Positions 8,371-17,700 of a stretch of DNA of 29,714 nt are shown here, piece by piece. The notes under the pieces were generated by a model, which saw only the letters and a list, made by a program, of their open reading frames with translations, ran no database searches and was not told the origin of the DNA. How positions within the stretch are numbered: the first letter of the stretch is position 1; each line of letters starts with the position of its first letter. Where the stretch lies: IMG/VR virus record IMGVR_UViG_3300025653_000183, positions 1 to 29,714 of that record; one strand, 5' to 3'. The position numbers were made by a program, and so were the translations under genes. The DNA is from a virus (lineage: Duplodnaviria > Caudoviricetes).

Positions 8371-8389
8371 AGTGTCTCCGTGTGGTCAT

Positions 8390-8428
8390 AAAAAATCCTA
8401 CTATAATAATAGCATACTATAGTAGGAT
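8390..8428 (-). terminator. Intrinsic terminator after the lipoprotein gene
   Basis: Perfect 11-bp inverted repeat ATCCTACTATA (8395-8405)/TATAGTAGGAT (8418-8428), followed by a U-run on the minus strand. Confidence 0.75.
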
Positions 8429-8433
8429 GTCAA
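8406..8433 (-). promoter_or_regulatory. Sigma70-type early/middle promoter for the MazG-clamp loader-fdxA-thyX-dCMP deaminase operon
   Basis: TTGACA (8433-8428), 16-bp spacer, extended -10 TGcTATTAT (-10 at 8411-8406). Confidence 0.7.
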
Positions 8434-8436
8434 TGA

Positions 8437-8757
8437 TTAAAAATTGTTTTTGTAAGCGTCAAAGAAAATTGCTGTTGTACAATTATCTGTTGAATTGTCA
8501 GTTGAGTTATCTGAGGCAGTTGCACAGGCAGTTGCTGTAGCCGAAGCAGTTGCTGTAGCTGTCAATGTGCTGTTGTCAATGAAAGTAATATTATCGGTAT
8601 CAGTTGAGTTAATATTGTTAGTGTTAGTGTTATTAACATTTATGATAATGTCTGGTGTTTTTGTGACGTCTTGTCCTTTACTATCGTCTATCATAGGCTC
8701 GGTGCAACCAATTGCACCTGCTAATAGTAAAATACTTAATCCTGTGAAGTAATACAT
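8437..8757 (-). CDS. Small lipoprotein with Asn/Thr/Ala low-complexity repeats
   Basis: Signal peptide with lipobox AIG-C and GGAG SD. Contains NVNNTNTNNIN, TATATASATATACATAS and DNSTDNSTDN. DNA repeat GCAGTTGCTGTAGC at 8528-8541 and 8546-8559. Confidence 0.75.
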   Translation of the reverse strand: MYYFTGLSILLLAGAIGCTEPMIDDSKGQDVTKTPDIIINVNNTNTNNINSTDTDNITFIDNSTLTATATASATATACATASDNSTDNSTDNCTTAIFFDAYKNNF

Positions 8758-8766
8758 ATCGTCTCC

Positions 8767-9177
8767 TTATAAATCGCCTTCTTTACGGTTTTCGCTGTAG
8801 TATACATCGAACTCACCGTCTGGATATCTTGCTTTAAGCTTATTTACATTTTCTTCAATCACTGAATTCGGGTCAAGCCCCATTGCACGAACACTATTAA
8901 TCCAATACCAAAGTATATCGCCAAGTTCTCGTTTGATATGGAACCTAGTATCCTGGTCAAGTGGCTTGCCTTGGAATACGCATTTTTTAACAATTTCTGC
9001 AAATTCTCCTCCTTCCGATGAGAGTCCAATAGCACCTGTTAAAAGCAGTGCCATATTTACGTTAGTTTCAGTTTCAACTTTGTTTAATCGTTTGGTCATA
9101 GCAGTTGTATCGTTACTTTCTGCTGACGTAACTGCTGATACAAATTCTTTGTATTTGTTTAAATCAATTTGATTCAT
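8767..9177 (-). CDS. mazG: MazG-like NTP pyrophosphohydrolase (phage type)
   Basis: GLSSEGGEFAEIVKK, RELGDILWY and NVNKLKARYP motifs. Confidence 0.9.
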   Translation of the reverse strand: MNQIDLNKYKEFVSAVTSAESNDTTAMTKRLNKVETETNVNMALLLTGAIGLSSEGGEFAEIVKKCVFQGKPLDQDTRFHIKRELGDILWYWINSVRAMGLDPNSVIEENVNKLKARYPDGEFDVYYSENRKEGDL

Positions 9178-9518
9178 TCGACTCCTGTTATAACATCTGC
9201 CGGTTTTTCTTCGCTTGCCATAAGGATGTCTTTATTATCAACCATTCTAACGGTAATTTCGCCTGTGTCTGTTTCTAATTTAATACCGTGAGTCCATCGT
9301 CCGTGATCAACTAACACCCAATCACCAACATCGTAGTCTTCTTTATTTGTAGGTCCCTTGGCCCATACACGACCCCATCTAGGATGTATGCCGTGTGTTT
9401 TTCCGTCGTCGTCACGTAAGATTATTCCTGCAGCCGTAACTTGCTCTCCAAAATGCATTTCACTAACAAGTACTTTATCTTTAATTGGTTTTAAGTTGCC
9501 TTTAACTGTATTGTACAT
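9174..9518 (-). CDS. groES: Co-chaperonin GroES-like protein
   Basis: LKPIKDKVLV, mobile loop TAAGIIL, GRVWAKGP, VGDWVL and DILM motifs. Confidence 0.88.
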   Translation of the reverse strand: MYNTVKGNLKPIKDKVLVSEMHFGEQVTAAGIILRDDDGKTHGIHPRWGRVWAKGPTNKEDYDVGDWVLVDHGRWTHGIKLETDTGEITVRMVDNKDILMASEEKPADVITGVE

Positions 9519-9525
9519 ATATCCT

Positions 9526-9771
9526 TTAATAATCGATTATAGGGTCGTAAACACGATCTTCTTCGTGATTTTTATTATAAAAGTTAATTTCAAAAATTTT
9601 AAATCCCAGTAAGTAAAAGGACCAATAAAATCCTTTATGTGATCCTTTTAATCTAATATCCATTGTGTAATTAAGTATTGCAAACCAGCCTAACGAAATA
9701 AATGATTTTAAAAAATCTAATTCTATTATGTAATTTTTTGTTATATGGATAGCAAAAAATCTACGCATCAA
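9526..9771 (-). CDS. Hypothetical protein
   Basis: ATGA-coupled to the upstream gene and fills the gap. Very AT-rich and aromatic-rich. Confidence 0.55.
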   Translation of the reverse strand: MMRRFFAIHITKNYIIELDFLKSFISLGWFAILNYTMDIRLKGSHKGFYWSFYLLGFKIFEINFYNKNHEEDRVYDPIIDY

Positions 9772-10136
9772 GCATCTTTAGGAACAAAATTTCCGTCTGC
9801 GTCTTCTACCCAACTTTCTTCTGTTACTACAAGGGGATCTTTAGTCCTGCTTTTCTTTTTTGTAGTAGTAGCTTGTTCTGCCATTATTTCAGATGTTTTA
9901 GTAATTACAGCAGGCTGCTCATCTGGAACACCTTTTTGACTATTGTAATATGATTTAAGAACTTCTTCTCTTTTCCTAATAATTTTTCCTCCTGGACCTA
10001 ATTCGTCTCCTCTTGCGTTTATACGCATATTACCAACAGCAGGAGTGAGTTCGTTTCTTTGTCTTAATTGATCCATATCAACAAGTTTTCCTTGCATTGA
10101 TTTATACGTTTTTCTTCCTGATGATCTTAACGGCAT
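9768..10136 (-). CDS. Hypothetical phage protein
   Basis: AGGAG SD. Basic N-terminus, AVGNMRINARGDELGPGG core and acidic tail. Confidence 0.8.
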   Translation of the reverse strand: MPLRSSGRKTYKSMQGKLVDMDQLRQRNELTPAVGNMRINARGDELGPGGKIIRKREEVLKSYYNSQKGVPDEQPAVITKTSEIMAEQATTTKKKSRTKDPLVVTEESWVEDADGNFVPKDA

Positions 10137-10146
10137 TTTTTGTCTC

Positions 10147-10659
10147 CTATTTTAAAAATTCATCGAAATCTAAATTATACTTTAATGGGTTAATTTTATG
10201 TATACCTATTAAAAAAAGTATAAAACTTGCCACACTTGATCCTCTACCTACTCCCCAAACAATATTGTTTTCACGCATATTATCTATTAAAAAAACTATA
10301 TAATGAAGTAAAGGTATTAAATTATTTTTTTCAAACTTTTTATATTCAAGATTAACCCGATCTATTTCTGATTGTGAAGTACATTTTTTTATTAAATTAT
10401 CTAATAAATCGATATTAATGTACTCAGCCGGCATCAACCATTGTTTTTGTTGTGCTCTGTCGAATTCTGCTAAAGAGATATAATTTTCTTTTTTATCATT
10501 TAAAGTATTATAATTAAAATGTGTAGCATAATTATTAAACTTTTTTACATCGTTACTATCTTCGTAAGTAAGTGAAAAAATTTTATCAAAATTGTTTGTA
10601 TATACTAATTCTTTAAAGGTATCAAATGAATATAATGTTGTATAATTTTCTGTATTCAT
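10147..10659 (-). CDS. DNA polymerase III alpha (DnaE) stand-alone fragment
   Basis: RVNLEY...GVGRGSSVASFILFLIGIHKINPLKYNLDFDEFLK matches the DnaE segment GxGRGSxxGSLVxYxLGITxxDPxxxxLxFERFL, then stops. Confidence 0.88.
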   Translation of the reverse strand: MNTENYTTLYSFDTFKELVYTNNFDKIFSLTYEDSNDVKKFNNYATHFNYNTLNDKKENYISLAEFDRAQQKQWLMPAEYINIDLLDNLIKKCTSQSEIDRVNLEYKKFEKNNLIPLLHYIVFLIDNMRENNIVWGVGRGSSVASFILFLIGIHKINPLKYNLDFDEFLK

Positions 10660-10668
10660 CTAATCATT

Positions 10669-10884
10669 TTAACTTATTTTTATCAGTTCGTCAAGTTCTT
10701 TTTCTAATTCTTTATCTTGTTTTTGTTTAATCTCTATTGCTGACTTATAATCCTCTATTAACATTGTAATTTGGTTTATCAGAGAAGGATTAGTGGTCAT
10801 ATATAATTTTTGATTTAGTTCTTTAAGTTTTTCAAATAATGTGTTTAGGCTTAATTCTTTTAAGTTACTACTCAAAGGGTGCAT
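10669..10884 (-). CDS. Hypothetical helical protein (71 aa, MHPLSSNL...)
   Basis: Start moved from 10941 to ATG 10884, which overlaps the upstream stop (TAATG coupling). Confidence 0.7.
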   Translation of the reverse strand: MHPLSSNLKELSLNTLFEKLKELNQKLYMTTNPSLINQITMLIEDYKSAIEIKQKQDKELEKELDELIKIS

Positions 10885-11453
10885 TAAGAAAACTCGCCTA
10901 GATATTTTGCGAAAATAGTTGCACCTCCATCTGTAGTCCAAAACTCAAATATTTTTGGATTCACAGCTGATTCAATTTGGAACTTTAATTCGCCATCAAG
11001 TCTTGGAAAACTACTATCTGCTTTAATGTTGTTGCCTTGTGTGGACGCCCAGGTAATTGTATGATTTCCTTCTCCGTCGCTAACAACATGGGCTATTAAT
11101 TTAGCATATTGTCCTGCGTTAGGCCATAAATCTAATGTTAAAGAAAGATCTTGTGTAACTGTAATTTTTTGATAAGAGCCTGTCGACCATGTAACAGTGG
11201 TTGATCCAGATGCTGCTTTACTTAGAAACTTTTCTGTTGTCCTATAAAAAACAGCATTTTGTATTTCATTATAAGAAAAATTATTATCAACATTAACTTT
11301 TGCTGTGTTATTTTCTAAATTTGTAATTTCTGTTTTTGCTATTCCTAAATTTGTTTTTAATTCGTTAAAATTATCTCTAAAACCTTGACTGTCGTTATCT
11401 TGTCCTGCAATAGGAAAATTTTCATCAATATTAGTAATTTGTATGTTTGACAT
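10884..11453 (-). CDS. Putative virion structural (baseplate/tail) protein
   Basis: N-terminal IDENFPIAGQDNDSQGFRDNF plus a short coiled coil, then a beta-rich C-terminal domain. GGAG SD and a late motif upstream. Confidence 0.65.
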   Translation of the reverse strand: MSNIQITNIDENFPIAGQDNDSQGFRDNFNELKTNLGIAKTEITNLENNTAKVNVDNNFSYNEIQNAVFYRTTEKFLSKAASGSTTVTWSTGSYQKITVTQDLSLTLDLWPNAGQYAKLIAHVVSDGEGNHTITWASTQGNNIKADSSFPRLDGELKFQIESAVNPKIFEFWTTDGGATIFAKYLGEFS

Positions 11454-11474
11454 TGCTTGTTTCTCCGATTATTA

Positions 11475-11482
11475 TATTTATC
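11475..11482 (-). promoter_or_regulatory. Late promoter motif GATAAATA
   Basis: Lies in a 28-bp gap, overlapping the upstream TAG and followed by an SD. Confidence 0.6.
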
Positions 11483-13959
11483 TATGCATTATGACTATAA
11501 TTATGAAACAGTAAATATTGGTCTGACGCATCTCCTTCTATTGTGTCAACAACAAATCTATCAATTTCAAAGGTGTAATTTGAAAAACTTACATTTGCAT
11601 TATTTAATGCAGTTAAAACTTCTTTACTAGTGCCAGGTAAACAATAACAAAGTGGTATAGCAGTTACATATCCTAATGATTTAATTGTATTTTGTTGCGC
11701 TGTTCGCATCCATAATGGTAGATATTCTATTTCAGTTTCGCCTATGTTTTTAATTTCTTGTCGACTATGATATATGTTAGATATAAAGCGTGTTTGCTCA
11801 TTAAATCCATCAACACTCATACCATTAAAATCTGCTTTTACAGTATTTTCAGGAACCGGTCTAAACCTATAAGGTTCTGTTGGACCTTCTATTAGTTTTC
11901 CGGCAATTTGTTTTTCATTTATAATAATTGGTTTTTTATCTACCAAGTATTTAATACCGTATCGTGATTCTATTATAAAATTAGGATCAAAATAATGATT
12001 AACTTCTCCGTGTTCGTTTGTCCCAATGGTAATACCTATAGGAGGTGGCAACTCTACACTATACTGATCGTAATTATAAGAAGTTTGATCTACTGTAACA
12101 TTAGTTTTTTTCTTTATTCTAAAATTTTTCTTTGTTGGATTAAAGTTTTCATAATTATTATCAGGATCAATTACATCTATATAAACAACTTCGTAAATTA
12201 TTTTTTGTGTTCCTAACTGCTTTGCTACAGCATTTTTAATTTTTCCTAGTATATATTTTTTCCTTTTATTATTTTTTGATAATGCTGCAATATAAAAAGA
12301 ACTGTCTTTTGTTTCTATGCCTGCATATACAAGCATTTTCATTTTTTGTTGGATACCAAAATTTGGATCATTTGGTCTGTAAATATAATTGTAATCAAAA
12401 TAGGTTTGGTTGTTAATTAATTCGCTAAACTGACTCCTAAAATCTTTATTTAAAAATGGTTGTGCAAAAATGTTACTAAAGATTTTATTATCAGGATCTA
12501 GGATTTTTAAAGTAAAAGTCCTAGATATTGCACTATAGCCAAGGTGATCTCTTGCTTTTATTGTAAAAATATAAGTCCTGTCTAGTGTGGTTGAATTTTG
12601 ATCTAACTTCAGATTTCCATTATCAAAAGTAGTTACTCCTAGTTCAGTTTCTGAGCCAAAACTTTTTATTATTCCTATTATTTCTCCTTTTATTCCTAAA
12701 CGTAAACCAGGCGGTAATTTGCCTTCTTCTAGATTATAAATCATTATAGCATTTGGTACGCTTGTTGTTGCTTGAACTGAAAGGGTACTTATAAAATTAG
12801 TGCTTATTGTTCCTAAATCTGCTTCTGTGTTCCACGTAATTGTGCTATCAACTTCTCCTAAAATATTCAAAGTAAATGTTTTATCTTTATAACTTTCTTC
12901 AACATAATTAGGAAGTTGCCTAGAAGCTCTTAAAGTAAATTGATACTGCCGTGTTACTGCCTGTTGATATGGTATTTTTCCTGCTATTTCTCCGTTTGAA
13001 ATATCTAACTCTAAATTGTCCGGTAAAACACTAGGAGTTCCATCTGGATTAGTTGTTAACAATTTGTATGAAATAAAGCCAATTGTGGTGTTCAAATCTA
13101 AAGTGTCAAATATTAATGTAAGATAATTGTTAGCTCTTTTATAACCTAGGTTTGCCGGAGTAAGCCATATAGGGGTTCTTATGAATGTATTATCTGCGCT
13201 AAAAACCCCATTTGCAACTTGCATTATAGCATTATCAGCTCTAAGGAAATCATCTCCTACAACATAAATTTCAAAGTTCCTATTTACGACAGTAATACCA
13301 TCTGTTACTGATACAATAAATTCATAATATCTATTTAATTTTTTTGGGCTTCTTGTAGGAATTGATAAGTCAAATATTTCTGTATCGTAATACCAGCTAT
13401 CATAACCATTATCAGAAACTACATCAACTGTTACACCTTTTTCTAAAGCTATAATAGGATCAACTAAGCCTACAATTCGCCCATCGGTAGTTAACCGCAA
13501 TCCTTTTGGTAGTTCTCCTGAGTACAAGTAATATTCTAAATCCTTACCAACAATAGCATCAGGATCGTCAGCAAGCAATTGAAAATCAATTACAGCACTA
13601 TCTATAATAAAATATCTTTGATTGCTTCCAATTGGAAGCAATCCTTCAGGTGTTATCCATGTCGGATCATCTGGACCTGAAACTTGGATTTTATATGTGC
13701 GATCCTCAAATACTCCTCTTACATCCGCCCTGATTACAAATTCATATAAAGTTTCAATCTCAACTTCTAGCGGAGTTCCAATTATATTTTGATCAACTAA
13801 TCGCATGCCTTTTGGTAATTTGCCGCTTATCACAGACAAGGTCATATTATTTTCGGTTAATGGTAAATAATTTTCGTCTATAGGTAATGCAACTGATGTA
13901 GTTTCTCTTTCGTTAATTTTTGCAATTATTGCTCCTGATCTTTTCCTCCAAAATTCCAT
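11482..13959 (-). CDS. Baseplate wedge-type virion protein with putative Ig (He_PIG-like) repeats
   Basis: Four repeats LPKGMRL / LPKGLRL / LPDNLEL / LPPGLRL, each followed by G.I.G and Y.F.[IVL]. Start ATG 13959 is preferred over TTG 13965 by SD (AAGGA) spacing. Confidence 0.7.
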   Translation of the reverse strand: MEFWRKRSGAIIAKINERETTSVALPIDENYLPLTENNMTLSVISGKLPKGMRLVDQNIIGTPLEVEIETLYEFVIRADVRGVFEDRTYKIQVSGPDDPTWITPEGLLPIGSNQRYFIIDSAVIDFQLLADDPDAIVGKDLEYYLYSGELPKGLRLTTDGRIVGLVDPIIALEKGVTVDVVSDNGYDSWYYDTEIFDLSIPTRSPKKLNRYYEFIVSVTDGITVVNRNFEIYVVGDDFLRADNAIMQVANGVFSADNTFIRTPIWLTPANLGYKRANNYLTLIFDTLDLNTTIGFISYKLLTTNPDGTPSVLPDNLELDISNGEIAGKIPYQQAVTRQYQFTLRASRQLPNYVEESYKDKTFTLNILGEVDSTITWNTEADLGTISTNFISTLSVQATTSVPNAIMIYNLEEGKLPPGLRLGIKGEIIGIIKSFGSETELGVTTFDNGNLKLDQNSTTLDRTYIFTIKARDHLGYSAISRTFTLKILDPDNKIFSNIFAQPFLNKDFRSQFSELINNQTYFDYNYIYRPNDPNFGIQQKMKMLVYAGIETKDSSFYIAALSKNNKRKKYILGKIKNAVAKQLGTQKIIYEVVYIDVIDPDNNYENFNPTKKNFRIKKKTNVTVDQTSYNYDQYSVELPPPIGITIGTNEHGEVNHYFDPNFIIESRYGIKYLVDKKPIIINEKQIAGKLIEGPTEPYRFRPVPENTVKADFNGMSVDGFNEQTRFISNIYHSRQEIKNIGETEIEYLPLWMRTAQQNTIKSLGYVTAIPLCYCLPGTSKEVLTALNNANVSFSNYTFEIDRFVVDTIEGDASDQYLLFHNYSHNA

Positions 13960-13978
13960 ATGCAAGTTCCTTCAGCTG

Positions 13979-14695
13979 TTAAGCAAATACCCCTGGATCA
14001 TAATTGATTTGGGACGGGTTTGTAAAAGATCCAAAATCTATATCAGTGGTTGCAATTACATAATCTATAATTGAAGTAATTTCATATGTAAATGTTCCAA
14101 ATTCTAGTTGGTTTAATACAGAATTTAGATTTTCAACATCAACTCCGTTTACTAAACCATTTAAATTACCAATAAATGTATTAGCAGTAACAGTATATAC
14201 ATCAGTAATGTCATGATTGTTTCCTATCAGTGTACCGCCTAAATGTGGGTCCTTGTCAAGGAACATTAATCCTTCGCCGGTTACATTATGCCTGATGTAA
14301 GCTTGATCGTTTTCATAAACTACAGCAGTTCCGATATTCCTACCCCCAGATAGATATAAAGTTCTATCCCCGCCGTCAAGGATATTGCTACCTGCATCTG
14401 TGAGGACAATCAATGATTTTAAACCTGCGTCTGCAGTGATGTTAATTTGATCTCCGAATTGAGTAAGGAGCACATTGGATCCTTGTGTTAAAGTTTTAAA
14501 TTTTAGAACATTTCCTAATTTTTCTTTAAATATAGGAGCGCCGTTACCAATGTTTTCTGCTTCTGTGGCAATAGCATTATTTAATAAATATTGCATTTCG
14601 TCAAAGTTATCATTAACTTTAATAAATGCTTCTCTGAGATCATCTCCTGTGCCGTCATTTGCTAAATATCCTACATTAATTTTTTTAATAGCCAT
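13979..14695 (-). CDS. Baseplate/tail-fibre connector-like protein (T4 gp9/gp10-like N-terminus)
   Basis: INVGYLANDGTGDDLREAFIKVNDNFDEM N-terminal motif. Confidence 0.7.
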   Translation of the reverse strand: MAIKKINVGYLANDGTGDDLREAFIKVNDNFDEMQYLLNNAIATEAENIGNGAPIFKEKLGNVLKFKTLTQGSNVLLTQFGDQINITADAGLKSLIVLTDAGSNILDGGDRTLYLSGGRNIGTAVVYENDQAYIRHNVTGEGLMFLDKDPHLGGTLIGNNHDITDVYTVTANTFIGNLNGLVNGVDVENLNSVLNQLEFGTFTYEITSIIDYVIATTDIDFGSFTNPSQINYDPGVFA

Positions 14696-14704
14696 TCTTT
14701 ATCC

Positions 14705-17700
14705 TTATAAAACTCCAACTGCAATTTCAATAACTTTGATTTCAGCATCATTGCTAGCTTCAATTGCTTTACCTATTATCGCTCCGCCTATAAATTCTTG
14801 AGTTGCTATTGCAACTCCTGCTATATCACTAGCAATCAACATATCTCCTTTTTCAACTTTGCCTACTACCAAGCATGGTACACGACCTTTTAATGCAATA
14901 GCTGTGCCATTTTCTAGTTCACTGTTCATTAAATATGCAGGATTAGTTGATACAACTCCTATTACTTTTGTTGTTGCTAACCCTTTGGCAGCAGTAACTT
15001 CTTTATCTCCGCCAAACATCATTACAGTCCCGGGTGTATAATGTTTGTCTGCAGTATACATTTCAGCTAAGTCAGCATATTGAGCTTGAGTTGCTGTACC
15101 AGAAAATGTTGTTGAATAAACAGTATTCCATTTCCGACTTCCTGTTCCTAATGTACCGGAGTTATTTGCGCTAGGTAAAACAGCAATACCGTCTATTTCC
15201 ATACCTAATTGTTCTGTATTAGCAGTTAAAGTTTTAAATTGCAATGTAGATTCAACTGCACCGTTTGTTCTATCACTTACGTTGCTAATTATTTGACTAA
15301 CAGTTGAATAGGCTCCAACTGAATTTAATTTTTTAAATTGTAATGCTCCTCCGGTGGTAGTATTGCTTACAGTATTTTTTATAATAACATAAGGACCTGA
15401 ACTTGCTGCTACTTCTAATCCGCCTGTTGAGATACTAGATGTTGTTGACGAACCTCGGCCGACCACAGTTGAAAGTGTATCAGTTTCAGTGTATGAAGTT
15501 AAGTACCTTCCGTCCAAATCCTTTGTGGCTGTTGTTCCGTCATTTCGTGTTAACGTTAGTATACCGGTTGCTGTAGCAAAATCAACTGACGAAACATATG
15601 TATCTGTACTTGCAAAACTAAATTGTGTAGTTCCTGCTACCGGTGTAGTTTGAGTTATAGCAACATTGGTACCACTTACAAGTTTTAACTTATGTGTCTC
15701 AAGCACAGTTTGTTCTGTGTTTGAATCTGAAAAAATATTAAATCCACTATAAGTGTCTATAGTTTTGGTTCCAATACTAGTAATATGACCAAATGTATCA
15801 AGACTAATACTTTGTATAACAGTATTATTTGCATTGTTAGAACTTGCCTGCGTACTTGTATCTGCATGTCTTAGAGTTACAGTTGTATTTTCTCCTTCAA
15901 CCCTACGAACCTGGCCATCGCCTGTCGGTGGACCATTAGCAATTACAATTGTATCATTGACATTATAAGGACTTTGATCGCCTGCTGCATCAAATAAGTT
16001 CCATTGTGTAGTTGTTCCTACATTGGTAATATAATATTCAGCACCATCTATTGCTGCTGTTACATTTATTACATTATTATATTCAATACCAAGTCCGTCG
16101 GTTGCAATGAAACCACCTTGTCCGTCTGAGTCTTGTTGCGGTGCAATAGATATAAATGATACAAAATTTCCAGTTGTATCTGTGTCTAATGCAACACTAT
16201 TAGGTACAACTGTTGCTGTTAAGGTTCCGCTAGCTAAATCTGTAATAGTTACAGAACCTGATAAATCTCCTGCTAACGTAATAGTAAAATCATTTACATC
16301 AAAATCTAGTTTTCCGTTAGTGTCGTCATATGTAACTGCTATTCCGTTTTGGTCTGCGTTAACTCCGGCAACCATGTCGCCTACCATGTCTTGCAATACT
16401 TCAGGAACAATAGTTAATACTACATTACTGATATCAGCAGTTCCGTCTATCGTGAAACTACCTGTTACCCCAGTCCTTGTTAATAAATCTGCTGAGTTTT
16501 CAAATGTAATGGTTCTAGCAGTTTGCCATTTTGTAGTTGTATCTGCATTACCTATTAATGCTCCACGGAAATTACTTGCTTGTATATCTCCTTGAGTACC
16601 GCTGAATACTTCTGCATTATTTGTTGCTTCAGGTATAAATGTCAAGTAGCCTGTGCTATCATCAAATCCAAAAAATCCAATTTTAGCACTAATACCATCA
16701 TGCCATCTAAATTCGATACCTCTATCTTTGTTATCGTCTGCAGTCGGAGCTGTATCACCACCTAATGTAAAGATTGGATCATCGATTGTAATTGCAGTAG
16801 AATTGATAGTGGTTGTAGTGCCTGATACTGTTAAGTTACCTGTAACAATCAAATCATCATCTACTTTAGTCGTTCCACTTTGTGAATCTAAAATTAAATC
16901 CCATGGGTCAGCTGGAAGTGCTGCAGATACTGTATCAATAATATTTGCGCCAGTAACTCCAATTTGTATCGCATCAATAGTAGCACCATTTAGTATTAAA
17001 TTACTCGTCCATACAGGCGTTGACGAGCCTGAAACTACCATTACATCGTGTTCCGTACCAATAGGAAGTGTGCTCATTGTTGAACTGTATGCGTTTCCTG
17101 TTGGAAGGTCGGTACCTGCGTAAAGTATATCTCCTTTTGTATATGTTGCTAAATTTGTTCCGCCCTTTTCAATTGGAACTGTTCTAGATAAATTAACCGG
17201 ATTCCTATAGTAATCGGAATTTTGTCCTCCTAATGTCAGTGCATCAATTTCGCCATTTTCAGTTGTGTTTCTTGCTTCAACTATACCGTTAGTAACTTTG
17301 AAATGTTCTACTGCAAAACCTGCTACACCAACAGTTGCTTCGTTGGTTAAAGGATTTGCTGGATTTAAATAGCCTGTTCTTTCAACCTGTATGTCAATAT
17401 TACCATAATAAATGTCTGTTGTACCATTGTTCCAGTTAGGTCCTGACATTGTAATTGGATCGTTTAAAGTGCTATTTGAAATACCAGTTACAGCGTATTG
17501 CCAAGAATTATCTCCTCTAAGGAAAGTCTCAGTATTTGCAGATCCTGTACCTAATCTTGCGGTATTAATAATACCACTGATAATATTATCTGCATCAATT
17601 GTAGTTGAAGTTAAATTACTCCAACTTGTCTCGAGTTGTCCACTTGTGTTTGCGTCTCCGGTAATAATTACAGTTTGGACACGCAATGTAGAAGTCCCAG

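Noticed and set aside
8480-8600. DNST/DNIT as bacterial N-glycosylation sequons
   Set aside because: The acidic residue is at -1 rather than the -2 position required by the PglB D/E-x-N-x-S/T rule.
10137-10160. Programmed frameshift extending the DnaE fragment
   Set aside because: The downstream sequence is an SD plus an unrelated ORF, and I saw no PDID motif following in another frame.
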